A stretch of DNA of 64,000 bases from an uncultured Bacteroidales bacterium. Lineage in GTDB: Bacteria; Bacteroidota; Bacteroidia; Bacteroidales; Paludibacteraceae. The translations under genes were made by a program, and so were the position numbers. Location of the stretch: the NCBI GenBank assembly GCA_900316995.1, contig ONEZ01000010.1:3712-67711 (forward strand), in the 5' to 3' direction. The notes under the pieces are model-generated. The model made no database searches. It was not told where the DNA came from and worked only from the letters and a program-made list of their open reading frames with translations. This document shows positions 28,022 through 36,813 of the stretch, one piece after another; within the stretch, counting starts at the first letter, position 1, and each line of letters begins with the position of its first letter.

Positions 28022-29455
28022 ATGATAATAGGACGAGAAAAAGAGCAGCATGAACTGTTGAGCCTACTTGAGAAGGAAGAATCTCAGTTTTGCGCCGTAT
28101 ATGGCAGGAGACGCGTAGGTAAAACATATCTCATTAGAGAAACATTCAACTATCATTTTTGTTTTCAACACACAGGGGTGGCAAAGGGGACGCTGCGCCA
28201 GCAACTGACAGCATTCAGGAACTCTCTGACCGCAGCTGGAATGAAATGTGCGATACCAAACTCATGGATTGACGCATTTGAGTTGTTAAAGGAACATATC
28301 AACAACTCTCCTGCAGGTAAAAAAGTTCTATTTATAGATGAACTGCCATGGATGGATACTCCGAAGGGTAACCTGATAGGAGCCTTGGAAAACTTCTGGA
28401 ACGGATGGGCTACGGCACGCAAGGAGAAGGATATAATTCTCATTGTTTGCGGCAGCGCAACATCTTGGATTAGCAAGAAACTATTGAAGGATAAAGGCGG
28501 ACTCCGTGGACGACTGACCAACAGAATAAAGTTAGCCCCCTTTACACTACGTGAATGTGAGCTATTTGCTAAAAATGCAAATCTCGCCCTTGAGAGAAAA
28601 GATGTGCTGGAACTATATATGATACTCGGAGGAATACCCTATTACTGGAGTTTCTTAAGAAGAGGGCTTAGCGTAGCACAGAACATAGACCAACTGTTCT
28701 TTACAGAAACAGCCCAACTACGTGATGAATTTGACGCCCTCTATTCAGTACTGTTCAAACGTCCCGAGAACTACCTCAAAATCATTGAATGTCTTAGTGA
28801 CGGCAAACAGTCTGGAATGACCAGAGATGAGCTGCTCACTAAAAGTAAGCTCTCAGACGGAGGTACTTTCTCCACCGTATTGGAAGAACTGGAGGAATGT
28901 GGATTCATTCGTAAATTTACGTCTGCTGACACAGCAGAGATTAACGCGATATATCAGTTGATTGACAATTACACCCTATTTCACTATCTGTGCATCAAAA
29001 AGAACGCTTTCAGCGATGAGCATTACTGGTCAAACACAATAACATCCACAATGCACAACACATGGAAGGGGCTTGCTTTTGAGCGTGTATGCCTGCAACA
29101 CATACGCCAAATAAAAGCAACCCTCGGTATTTCTGGTGTGCAGACAAATGTCTGTTCATGGTTCACTCGTGGCACATCAGAGATACACGGTGCACAAATT
29201 GACTTAGTGATTCAACGTGCTGACGGATGTACAGATATTTGTGAAATGAAGCACTCTGCAAATGCGTTTACCATAGACAAAGATTACTCAGACAAGTTAC
29301 AAAACAAGATTTATGCATACAAAGAGCTGTCAAAAGACAAGAACACCGTTCATCTTGTAATGGTAACTACAAACGGAGTTGTCCATAATAGCTATTACAA
29401 CCTCATACAGAATGAGGTCACTATGGATGACCTGTTTGACAAAAAAAGTGGCTAA
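28022..29455 (+). CDS. AAA-type ATPase (Arch_ATPase-like) fused to a wHTH and a C-terminal DUF234/PD-(D/E)xK-like module
   Basis: It has the Walker A GRRRVGKT and Walker B LFIDELPW. The C-terminus has GLAFERVC...AQIDLVIQR...DICEMKHS, which fits a D...(D/E)xK nuclease-fold motif. Confidence 0.75.
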   Translation: MIIGREKEQHELLSLLEKEESQFCAVYGRRRVGKTYLIRETFNYHFCFQHTGVAKGTLRQQLTAFRNSLTAAGMKCAIPNSWIDAFELLKEHINNSPAGKKVLFIDELPWMDTPKGNLIGALENFWNGWATARKEKDIILIVCGSATSWISKKLLKDKGGLRGRLTNRIKLAPFTLRECELFAKNANLALERKDVLELYMILGGIPYYWSFLRRGLSVAQNIDQLFFTETAQLRDEFDALYSVLFKRPENYLKIIECLSDGKQSGMTRDELLTKSKLSDGGTFSTVLEELEECGFIRKFTSADTAEINAIYQLIDNYTLFHYLCIKKNAFSDEHYWSNTITSTMHNTWKGLAFERVCLQHIRQIKATLGISGVQTNVCSWFTRGTSEIHGAQIDLVIQRADGCTDICEMKHSANAFTIDKDYSDKLQNKIYAYKELSKDKNTVHLVMVTTNGVVHNSYYNLIQNEVTMDDLFDKKSG

Positions 29456-29500
29456 AAAAATTTTTTTAGCCACTCTCAATGCAATTTTATCTTACAGATA

Positions 29501-31120
29501 CTACTTAACCATAACCTTCACAGCCTCACCACCTATCTTTACCACATACACACCCGATGCAGGCACTGGGTTACCAACTGGCAGACCTGCTGTGTTGTAC
29601 ACTCTTATATCTGATGGCTCTTTCCCATTAACAGTAATCAACTTCTCACTTATAGAGATTGCATCCTTTATATTCTCTGAGGTGCTTTCATTTACATTCA
29701 CCAGATCTTCTATGCATTTAAAATTAGAGGAATCAAAATAGTTCCAACCATCCGCTATCATATAGTCAACAAGACTGGCACATGGCACATAAACTTCAAC
29801 ATCACTGCCTACATTTGCAAAGACATCGTTCGATGTTATAGTTGGCGGCATATCAGCACGACAAATAATTCTTTTAAGGCCAGTGCAGTTGGAAAATGCA
29901 TAGCCCTCTATTTCAGAGACTCCGCTTGGAATATCAACATTTTTTAAGTTTACACAATTTTTAAACAATTCAAAAGCAATCTTTGAAACATGTTCTGGGA
30001 TTGTAATATCCGTAATAGACGAACAATTCGCAAATGCAGCCCATTTAATATTATTCACACTTATAGGAATTACAATAGAAGACAAATTAGTACATGAAAA
30101 GAATGATCGTTCTCCTATTGAAACTACACCATTGGGAATCACAAACGAGTAAAGGCCTTCACAACCCTCAAAAGCTCCATTACCAATTGACAAAACCCCT
30201 TCTGGGATCATAGTATTTTTACATCCACAAACTAACGTATTGGAACTTGTCTCAATTATTGCATTACAGTTGCTGGTAGAATTGTAAATTGGATTATCTG
30301 GATGTACAATGATAGATGATAGATTTGTACAATATGAAAATGCTGATGGAGGTATATGCTCTACATTTTTAGGAATGAAAATTGCAGATAAACCTTCACA
30401 ATAAGAGAATGAACTGCCTAAATATCTAACAGTACTTGGAATTTCAACCGAGACCAATCTTTTACAATGCGAAAATACATCATCATTAATTACAGAAACG
30501 CCCTCATGCATTACAACAGATTCCAATTTTTCACAATTCTGAAACGCAAAACTTCCAATGTCACTGACATTTTCAGGTATCTCAATAGATGTTATATTTT
30601 TGCAACCATTAAATATGCCCTCAGAGACATACTGTAATCCATTAGGGAGCACCACTGGATCTGACAAATCTGTACATTCTCTAAATGCGGCGGCACCAAT
30701 ATTCAAAACACTATTTGGTATGTCTATTTTTAAAAGGCTTTTGCAATTATAAAAAGCTAAGACACCTATTTCCAACAAACTATTAGGAAAAATTACTGAT
30801 TGTAAATTCGTACAATCAGCAAACGCAGAATTACCTATCGATGTTATACCATTACTTATTGTAACCTTTGTTATGCCTTCTCTACCCTTACATGCATTAT
30901 CACCAATGGTCTTAACACCGTATGTTTTACCATCGTAGTTTACAACAACTGGGATTGTAACCTCACCCTCATAATCTTTGTCCTTGACAGACACTATTGT
31001 GGCATACTTGCCATCGTCTGAAGAATACTCTATGCCATCAACAACAAAGTTTGTTACAGCAGTAGCATTACATGAAACAGCGAACAATACCAGAACAAGA
31101 AAACGTCTAAATCTTTTCAT
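29501..31120 (-). CDS. BspA-type leucine-rich-repeat surface protein with a T9SS-type C-terminal sorting tail
   Basis: It has a signal peptide and ~16 repeats of the ~23-aa pattern I(P/E)..V..IG..AF..C..L.S(I/V). The C-terminal IRVYNTAGLPV....GVYVVKIGGEAVKVMVK resembles Por_Secre_tail. Confidence 0.8.
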   Translation of the reverse strand: MKRFRRFLVLVLFAVSCNATAVTNFVVDGIEYSSDDGKYATIVSVKDKDYEGEVTIPVVVNYDGKTYGVKTIGDNACKGREGITKVTISNGITSIGNSAFADCTNLQSVIFPNSLLEIGVLAFYNCKSLLKIDIPNSVLNIGAAAFRECTDLSDPVVLPNGLQYVSEGIFNGCKNITSIEIPENVSDIGSFAFQNCEKLESVVMHEGVSVINDDVFSHCKRLVSVEIPSTVRYLGSSFSYCEGLSAIFIPKNVEHIPPSAFSYCTNLSSIIVHPDNPIYNSTSNCNAIIETSSNTLVCGCKNTMIPEGVLSIGNGAFEGCEGLYSFVIPNGVVSIGERSFFSCTNLSSIVIPISVNNIKWAAFANCSSITDITIPEHVSKIAFELFKNCVNLKNVDIPSGVSEIEGYAFSNCTGLKRIICRADMPPTITSNDVFANVGSDVEVYVPCASLVDYMIADGWNYFDSSNFKCIEDLVNVNESTSENIKDAISISEKLITVNGKEPSDIRVYNTAGLPVGNPVPASGVYVVKIGGEAVKVMVK

Positions 31121-31218
31121 AATTAATTGATAATTAAATTAAAACATTGTAACTAAAGCGAATCAATAAAGACATAAAAAAGGCGAGACCTCAAAATTCA
31201 CTCTATCCATCTTGAGGT

Positions 31219-31360
31219 TCTAGCAAAACCTTACACTGAATAAAGCAACATGAAGCCTACGCCGTATGTAAAGCCCATGGCTAAAAACCATAGGCACAAT
31301 TACATACCCGTAGGCATTCATTGTCGCAACTATCCGTCAGTGTATTGAAAATTTGCTAGA
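31219..31360. repeat. Long imperfect palindrome (~142 bp, ~65-bp arms)
   Basis: Nested complementary blocks are ctagcaaa/tttgctag, acactga/tcagtgt, gcctacg/cgtaggc, gtatgtaa/ttacatac and gcccatgg/ccataggc. They are centred near 31285. Confidence 0.75.
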
Positions 31361-31435
31361 TTCCAAGATGCCGGACTGCACGTCAATAAACGCCTATTAT
31401 GTCGTGTGCAAAAGTATAAAAAAAGCGTTAAACCA

Positions 31436-31640
31436 CAAAGGCTTTAACCCTTTTTGTATTTCATACTAAATTTTATTACTTTTGCGGGTCAAAAACAATA
31501 AACTCATCTTAATTCAATGAGAGATTTCCAGCAGACAGATCAGAATGGTTTTTACGGCTCATTTGGTGGGGCGTACATTCCAGAGATATTGTACAAGACG
31601 GTAGAGAATCTTAAAGAGAGCCTATCTTAGTGCTCTTTTG
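31436..31640 (+). pseudogene. Duplicate of the trpB promoter and first ~37 codons (truncated trpB')
   Basis: It is ~98% identical by eye to 34139-34330. The ATG at 31517 gives [35 protein letters not shown], then an indel leads to a stop. Confidence 0.9.
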
Positions 31641-31641
31641 A

Positions 31642-31791
31642 TTAATCCATGTGCGGTGACGTTCGCTGTATCCGCTTATCTCTGACACCTGTTTGATGGT
31701 CTGTTTCCATCTGGTGACCGCTTTGTTTGCCCCATTTTATTACATCTTTTGAACCGCATTCCGGACACCTTTCGTGACGAGTTTTTTGCAT
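31642..31791 (-). pseudogene. 49-codon ORF with an N-terminal CPxCG zinc-ribbon motif; possible remnant of an IS transposase N-terminus
   Basis: The ORF reads MQKTRHERCPECGSKDVIKWGKQSGHQ.... A +1 frame continues as RWKQTIKQVSEISGYSERHRTWINQKS (HTH-like). It is too short for the ORF track. Confidence 0.3.
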
Positions 31792-32077
31792 AAAAAAATA
31801 ACCTTGATGAAACTAAATTCATCAAAGTTATTATAATTAGTTGTAATATAGATGATTACACCAATATCACCAACTACTTTTGTCTATTATACCTAACAAA
31901 TCCAATAGATAACAGAAAGTGGAACATTCTTCGCCTTGGCTGCACTCGCCCATGAGTGACGAGCCACGTACATGTCAATCAGCACTGGCGTTTTGCGTGG
32001 ATTTGATACCCGACATTCTTTATTTAAAAATCAGCGAAAAAGGGAAATTTTTCTTGATTTTCGCTGATTTTTAAAAG

Positions 32078-32122
32078 GCATACTGCACGGCAGCCGTATA
32101 AAACATATGCAGACCGCCGATG
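32078..32122 (+). pseudogene. Internal trpB fragment (codons ~282-296)
   Basis: It matches 35064-35108 with one mismatch and is fused directly to the trpA 3' fragment. Confidence 0.85.
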
Positions 32123-32365
32123 ACTTGAAAGCGCACGTAAAAATGCAGCAGGATGTATTATAGGGAGTAAGTTTGTGACTCTACTTGAAGAGGCAGGCGG
32201 CGATGCAGATAAAGCCTGCGCTGAGCTATTCAAAGCATTGGAGATTTAACACTGTCAACCGTTATTGTCAACCACATCTATTTCATTGCCGTCCTTGTCT
32301 GTAAACCTATATTGCAGGTACGGCATGTTTTGGTCTGGTAATATGTTAAGGCGGAACCAGTAGCC
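32123..32365. pseudogene. Fragment copy of the trpA 3' end (last ~41 codons, + strand) plus the convergent rng 3' end (last ~37 codons, - strand)
   Basis: It aligns with 40421-40663. The trpA part has one synonymous change. The rng part has ~11 changes and only one amino-acid change (K to R). Confidence 0.9.
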
Positions 32366-32403
32366 ACGAGCAGTTCAAAAGGGTTCCTGAACTGAAGCTC
32401 ATC
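32363..32403 (-). pseudogene. Short nth-like fragment (codons ~23-36)
   Basis: gccacgagcagttcaaaagggttcctgaactgaagctcatc compares with 27617-27658 gccactatcagttcaaaagggtttctgaactgaagttcactc, ~6 mismatches in 41 nt. It abuts the AbiEii stop codon. Confidence 0.6.
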
Positions 32404-33422
32404 TACATTGAGCAAGATAATTGACGAAAGCGTTCTTCAAGCAGATGTAACCTCTCAATGAGTGCGTTAAAAGACAACTTTTCTCCATAAATCATTGACT
32501 CGCACATATACTGATAATCCCTCTCCCATTCATTAATGTACTTTTCAGAAGGGACCAAGCAAAGATGCCTCCTAATATCGTCTTTATAGTCCACACCCAT
32601 AATGGGAGTAAAAAGTTCTCTGTGATGGCGTATGTTTTCCCATAATGCGTCATCAGCTATGGCTTCCTTAGCATAATTAGTATCCATCAACTTCTCTAGG
32701 TCATAAAGATGCCTTGAACGACGTTTTGCTTGAAGACTATCATGGTCAAGAGAAAACAGTTCATGCAAAAGAAATACCTTTTCCAAGAATGTCTTGCCTG
32801 GTGTTGCAGTTGGAATTGTCACATCAATAAAAGTCGTACTTATCTGTGGCAGTATTGCTTCAATAAGTGATGTCACTCTTAAATCATTTATCGGTTCCAT
32901 CAATGACCTTGCTCCAATCTCAAGAACAATCATCGGTTTTACGTATTCTATAAAAGATGGAATAACCGTCTGGTATTGGATATAAACATGTCTTGGTTCT
33001 GGATAGGTGCCATCCCCTTCTCCATCCGGCTGAACACTTACAATAAGCTTATCCTGTAGTCCATATTTGGAAATTTGAGAAATAAGAATCTCCGGAACTT
33101 TTTCCTTCACAAAAAGAGAAGATGCCTTGCGCAACTTCTTAAGCTGCTTTTTCGTAGGCTCCCCATCAAGCCCGAACAAAGCATAATCAATTGCCAAATC
33201 AATATCTTCAGAAAAACGACTAATCAGATTACTGTTCTTGCTCAGCGATGTACCGCCCTTAAAAATCAGGTGCTTCCCCAAATCGGAATCAAAGATTAGC
33301 TGAAGTACTACAGTTACCCAATAATCCTTCTCCAATGCCTGTTCAGGTAATCCCATAATATTTTTGCACTGCGTCAGCACAACCTGCTGTTGAGCAGTAG
33401 TCAATTCAGAAAAATTACTCAT
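32403..33422 (-). CDS. Nucleotidyltransferase AbiEii/AbiGii-family toxin (type IV TA / abortive infection)
   Basis: This 339-aa ORF has LIFKGGTSLSK...RFSEDIDL, the DUF1814/AbiEii NTase signature (GG[ST]...[ST]ED[IL]D). It overlaps the upstream antitoxin gene by 8 nt. Confidence 0.85.
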   Translation of the reverse strand: MSNFSELTTAQQQVVLTQCKNIMGLPEQALEKDYWVTVVLQLIFDSDLGKHLIFKGGTSLSKNSNLISRFSEDIDLAIDYALFGLDGEPTKKQLKKLRKASSLFVKEKVPEILISQISKYGLQDKLIVSVQPDGEGDGTYPEPRHVYIQYQTVIPSFIEYVKPMIVLEIGARSLMEPINDLRVTSLIEAILPQISTTFIDVTIPTATPGKTFLEKVFLLHELFSLDHDSLQAKRRSRHLYDLEKLMDTNYAKEAIADDALWENIRHHRELFTPIMGVDYKDDIRRHLCLVPSEKYINEWERDYQYMCESMIYGEKLSFNALIERLHLLEERFRQLSCSM

Positions 33423-34020
33423 ACAAACCTGATATTAAGTTTCTAATCCATACTGGCATAAGTTTCAAATCATGTATAGAGAATGGTTCAGGATGCTGTT
33501 TTATTACCGTTTGCAACCGTTTAATATGTTCATCATTAACATTACCTTCTCCCAATTCCCTCAAAGCAGTAGTAACAAGCATTGCAAATTTATCATTAAA
33601 CGCCAACTTCTTGGGTGACACATGCTTAAAAAGGATTCCCCTGCCATTACTAATGTTAAATTTCCTATTGCTCCCGTCTGTCAAATATACCACATTCATA
33701 GGCACTTGAGTAGATAAACCCAACATATTTTGAGCCAAAGCTCCAGCAGGGAAAATCTTAACCTTATCCCTTTTTGCTATAACCTGTGCTATCTCATCAT
33801 AAGAAGGAAGTAGCGGTCCTAACCCCAACTCCTTATCAATCTTGGGATAACAGTAAATACCATGGCACACATGTAAAAGCAATCCCTTCTGAACCATTCT
33901 GCTAATTGCTTTTTGTACAGAATCAGGATTCCCGTAATGCGAGAACTCATTAGTGGAAAATGCCGTACCCCTTCCGCGTTTACTTAATACATTAATTATT
34001 TTATCTTCAATAGATTGCAC
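33415..34020 (-). CDS. AbiEi-family antitoxin / transcriptional regulator (DUF6088-like)
   Basis: The N-terminal wHTH-like region reads SIEDKIINVLSKRGRGTAFSTNEFSHYGNPDSVQKAISRMVQKGLLLHVCHGIYCYP. I chose the GTG at 34020 because a minus-strand TAACTTTG box lies ~45 nt upstream. The track's TTG at 34098 would include the promoter. Confidence 0.75.
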   Translation of the reverse strand: MQSIEDKIINVLSKRGRGTAFSTNEFSHYGNPDSVQKAISRMVQKGLLLHVCHGIYCYPKIDKELGLGPLLPSYDEIAQVIAKRDKVKIFPAGALAQNMLGLSTQVPMNVVYLTDGSNRKFNISNGRGILFKHVSPKKLAFNDKFAMLVTTALRELGEGNVNDEHIKRLQTVIKQHPEPFSIHDLKLMPVWIRNLISGLYE

Positions 34021-34180
34021 TATATTATTCTTATATTTTTGTCGGTTTTTTAATGAAAATTTCCGACACAAAGTTATTATTTTTTGATTAAACCACAAAA
34101 AAGTGGCTAAGAAAAAATTTTAGCCACCCCCAATACAAACAAAGGCTTTAACCCTTTTTGTATTTCATACTAATTTTTAT

Positions 34181-34188
34181 TACTTTTG
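34181..34188 (+). promoter_or_regulatory. TAnnTTTG promoter box (TACTTTTG) of the trp operon
   Basis: It lies 33 nt upstream of the trpB ATG. The leader is short, with no leader peptide or attenuator hairpins visible. An identical box occurs in the duplicated copy at ~31478-31485. Confidence 0.5.
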
Positions 34189-34220
34189 CGGGTCAAAAAT
34201 AATAAACTCACCTTAATTCA

Positions 34221-35426
34221 ATGAGAGATTTCCAGCAGACAGATCAGAATGGTTTTTACGGCTCATTTGGAGGGGCGTACATTCCAGAGATATTGTACAA
34301 GACGGTAGAGAATCTTAAAGAGAGCTACCTTAGTGTGATAGAGAGCGAGTCATTCAAAAAGGAGTATCACGCACTACTTAAAGACTACGTGGGTCGCCCG
34401 AGCCCTCTATACTACGCGGCACGCATGAGCGAGAAGTATGGGTGCCGGCTATACCTTAAACGTGAGGATTTGAACCATACCGGCGCACATAAGATAAACA
34501 ACGCCATAGGTCAGGCGCTGCTTGCAAAACGGTTAGGCAAAAAGCGTATAATTGCAGAGACGGGAGCAGGACAGCATGGAGTGGCAACCGCTACTGTATG
34601 CGCCCTGATGAACCTGCCCTGCCGTGTGTACATGGGTGCGCTTGACGTTGAGCGCCAGCACGTTAACGTGGAGCGTATGCGTATGCTTGGCGCGGAGGTG
34701 TTCCCAGTTCAGAGCGGTAACAAAACCCTGAAGGACGCAACTAACGAGGCCATCAGGGACTGGTGCTGCCACCCTGCAGACACATTCTACATAATAGGTT
34801 CAACAGTAGGCCCTCACCCCTACCCCGATATGGTGGCACGCCTGCAAAGCGTTATATCAGAGGAGATAAAGTGGCAGCTTGAGGAGCATATAGGCCGTGA
34901 CTATCCAGACTACATACTGGCATGTGTGGGAGGCGGAAGCAACGCCGCAGGTGCCATATACCACTTCCTTAATAATGAGAAAGTGCGCATTGTGCTTGCT
35001 GAAGCTGGCGGACTGGGCATGGAGACTGGCAAGACCGCCGCATCGCTGCAGATAGGCACAACCGGCATACTGCACGGCAGCCGTATAAAACTTATGCAGA
35101 CCGCCGATGGGCAGATTGTGGAGCCATATTCAATATCGGCGGGGCTTGACTACCCTGGTACAGGTCCTCTGCACTGCAACCTCTATGAAACCGGTAGAGC
35201 CAAGGTGCTTGCTGTTAATGATGATGAGGCTCTGCAGGCTGCATTTGAGCTCACAAGGCTTGAGGGCATAATTCCGGCACTCGAGAGCAGCCATGCCCTT
35301 GCCCTGCTACCAAAAATGAAATTCAAAAAAGATGATGTGGTGGTTCTGAACGTAAGCGGGCGCGGTGACAAGGACCTTAACACATATCTGGCACATAAAG
35401 ATGAGATAGACTATGACAAAATTTAA
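34221..35426 (+). CDS. trpB: Tryptophan synthase beta chain
   Basis: It has HTGAHKINN (PLP lysine) and GGGSNAAG. The ORF is 401 aa. Confidence 0.97.
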   Translation: MRDFQQTDQNGFYGSFGGAYIPEILYKTVENLKESYLSVIESESFKKEYHALLKDYVGRPSPLYYAARMSEKYGCRLYLKREDLNHTGAHKINNAIGQALLAKRLGKKRIIAETGAGQHGVATATVCALMNLPCRVYMGALDVERQHVNVERMRMLGAEVFPVQSGNKTLKDATNEAIRDWCCHPADTFYIIGSTVGPHPYPDMVARLQSVISEEIKWQLEEHIGRDYPDYILACVGGGSNAAGAIYHFLNNEKVRIVLAEAGGLGMETGKTAASLQIGTTGILHGSRIKLMQTADGQIVEPYSISAGLDYPGTGPLHCNLYETGRAKVLAVNDDEALQAAFELTRLEGIIPALESSHALALLPKMKFKKDDVVVLNVSGRGDKDLNTYLAHKDEIDYDKI

Positions 35427-36813
35427 ATACCATACAGAGTCAAAAACAATATTAGGCGACCTTCTCACACCTGTAAGTGCATACCTTAAGGTTAGGGACG
35501 CATATCCGCAGAGTGCGCTGCTTGAAAGTTCTGACTATCATGGCGGAGAAAACGCCAAATCCTTTATTGCACTACACCCAATAGGCACAGTGAGCATAGC
35601 ACACGGTACGGGACGTCTGGAATACCCCGATGGCAGCACCGTAGAACACAAGATTGAGGCTGGCTACACATCGGCGGACCTTATAAATGAATTTCTTAAA
35701 TCATTCAGCATAGAGGGCGCTGATGCAAAATATTGTGGACTTTATGGCTACACCTCTTTCAATTCAGTGCGCTATTTTGAAAATATAAAGGTGAAAGATG
35801 AGGTTCAGGAGAAGAATGACGCACCTGATCTGCTCTATATTCTCTACAAGGATGTGGTTGTGTTTAACCACTTTAGCAATGAGCTGACCATAATTGAGAT
35901 GCTCTCTGATGATGAGAGAAATGACCTTGACCAGCTGGAGCGAGACCTTAAAAACCGCCCGTATCAAGCGTACAACTTCAGCCCCGTGGGTGAGTGTACA
36001 AGCACGCTCACTGATGATGAGCACCGTGAGAACATACGCCGTGGCATTGCCCATTGCATGAGAGGAGACGTATTCCAGATAGTGCTGTCAAGAAGGTTCA
36101 TACAGCGTTACAGCGGTGATGACTTCAAACTATACCGTGCGTTGAGAAGCATAAATCCAAGCCCTTACCTCTTCTATTTTGATTTTGGCGGGTTCAGAAT
36201 ATTTGGCTCGTCACCTGAAACTCACTGCAAGATTGAGAACCGCCACGCCTACATTGACCCTATTGCAGGCACCACCAAGCGTACTGGCAATACGGAACAA
36301 GACCGCAAAAATGCGGAATACCTGCGAAATGACCCTAAGGAGAATGCAGAGCATGTAATGCTTGTGGATTTGGCGCGTAATGATCTGTCACGCAACTGCC
36401 ACGGTGTGCACGTTGATTTCTATAAGGATATGCAGTTCTACAGCCATGTGATTCACCTTGTGAGCCGTGTAAGCGGAGAACTTGACCCTGATGCAGACCC
36501 AGTGCAGGCATTTATTGACACATTCCCTGCCGGAACCCTTAGCGGTGCTCCAAAAGTGAGAGCCATGCAACTTATCAGTGAGTATGAACCGCACAACCGT
36601 GGAGCCTACGGCGGCTGCATAGGTTTTATTGGCTTTGACGGGAGCCTTAACCAGGCCATAACAATACGCACCTTTGTAAGCCGCAACAACGAGCTGTGGT
36701 TCCAGGCTGGCGGCGGCATTGTGGCAAAGAGCAATGTGGAGTATGAGCTACAGGAGGTAAATAACAAGTTAGGGGCGCTGAGCAAAGCAATAATAATAGC
36801 AGAAACATTATGA
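35413..36813 (+). CDS. trpE: Anthranilate synthase component I
   Basis: LLESS..., [12 protein letters not shown] and [14 protein letters not shown] are chorismate-binding motifs. Confidence 0.95.
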   Translation: MTKFKYHTESKTILGDLLTPVSAYLKVRDAYPQSALLESSDYHGGENAKSFIALHPIGTVSIAHGTGRLEYPDGSTVEHKIEAGYTSADLINEFLKSFSIEGADAKYCGLYGYTSFNSVRYFENIKVKDEVQEKNDAPDLLYILYKDVVVFNHFSNELTIIEMLSDDERNDLDQLERDLKNRPYQAYNFSPVGECTSTLTDDEHRENIRRGIAHCMRGDVFQIVLSRRFIQRYSGDDFKLYRALRSINPSPYLFYFDFGGFRIFGSSPETHCKIENRHAYIDPIAGTTKRTGNTEQDRKNAEYLRNDPKENAEHVMLVDLARNDLSRNCHGVHVDFYKDMQFYSHVIHLVSRVSGELDPDADPVQAFIDTFPAGTLSGAPKVRAMQLISEYEPHNRGAYGGCIGFIGFDGSLNQAITIRTFVSRNNELWFQAGGGIVAKSNVEYELQEVNNKLGALSKAIIIAETL

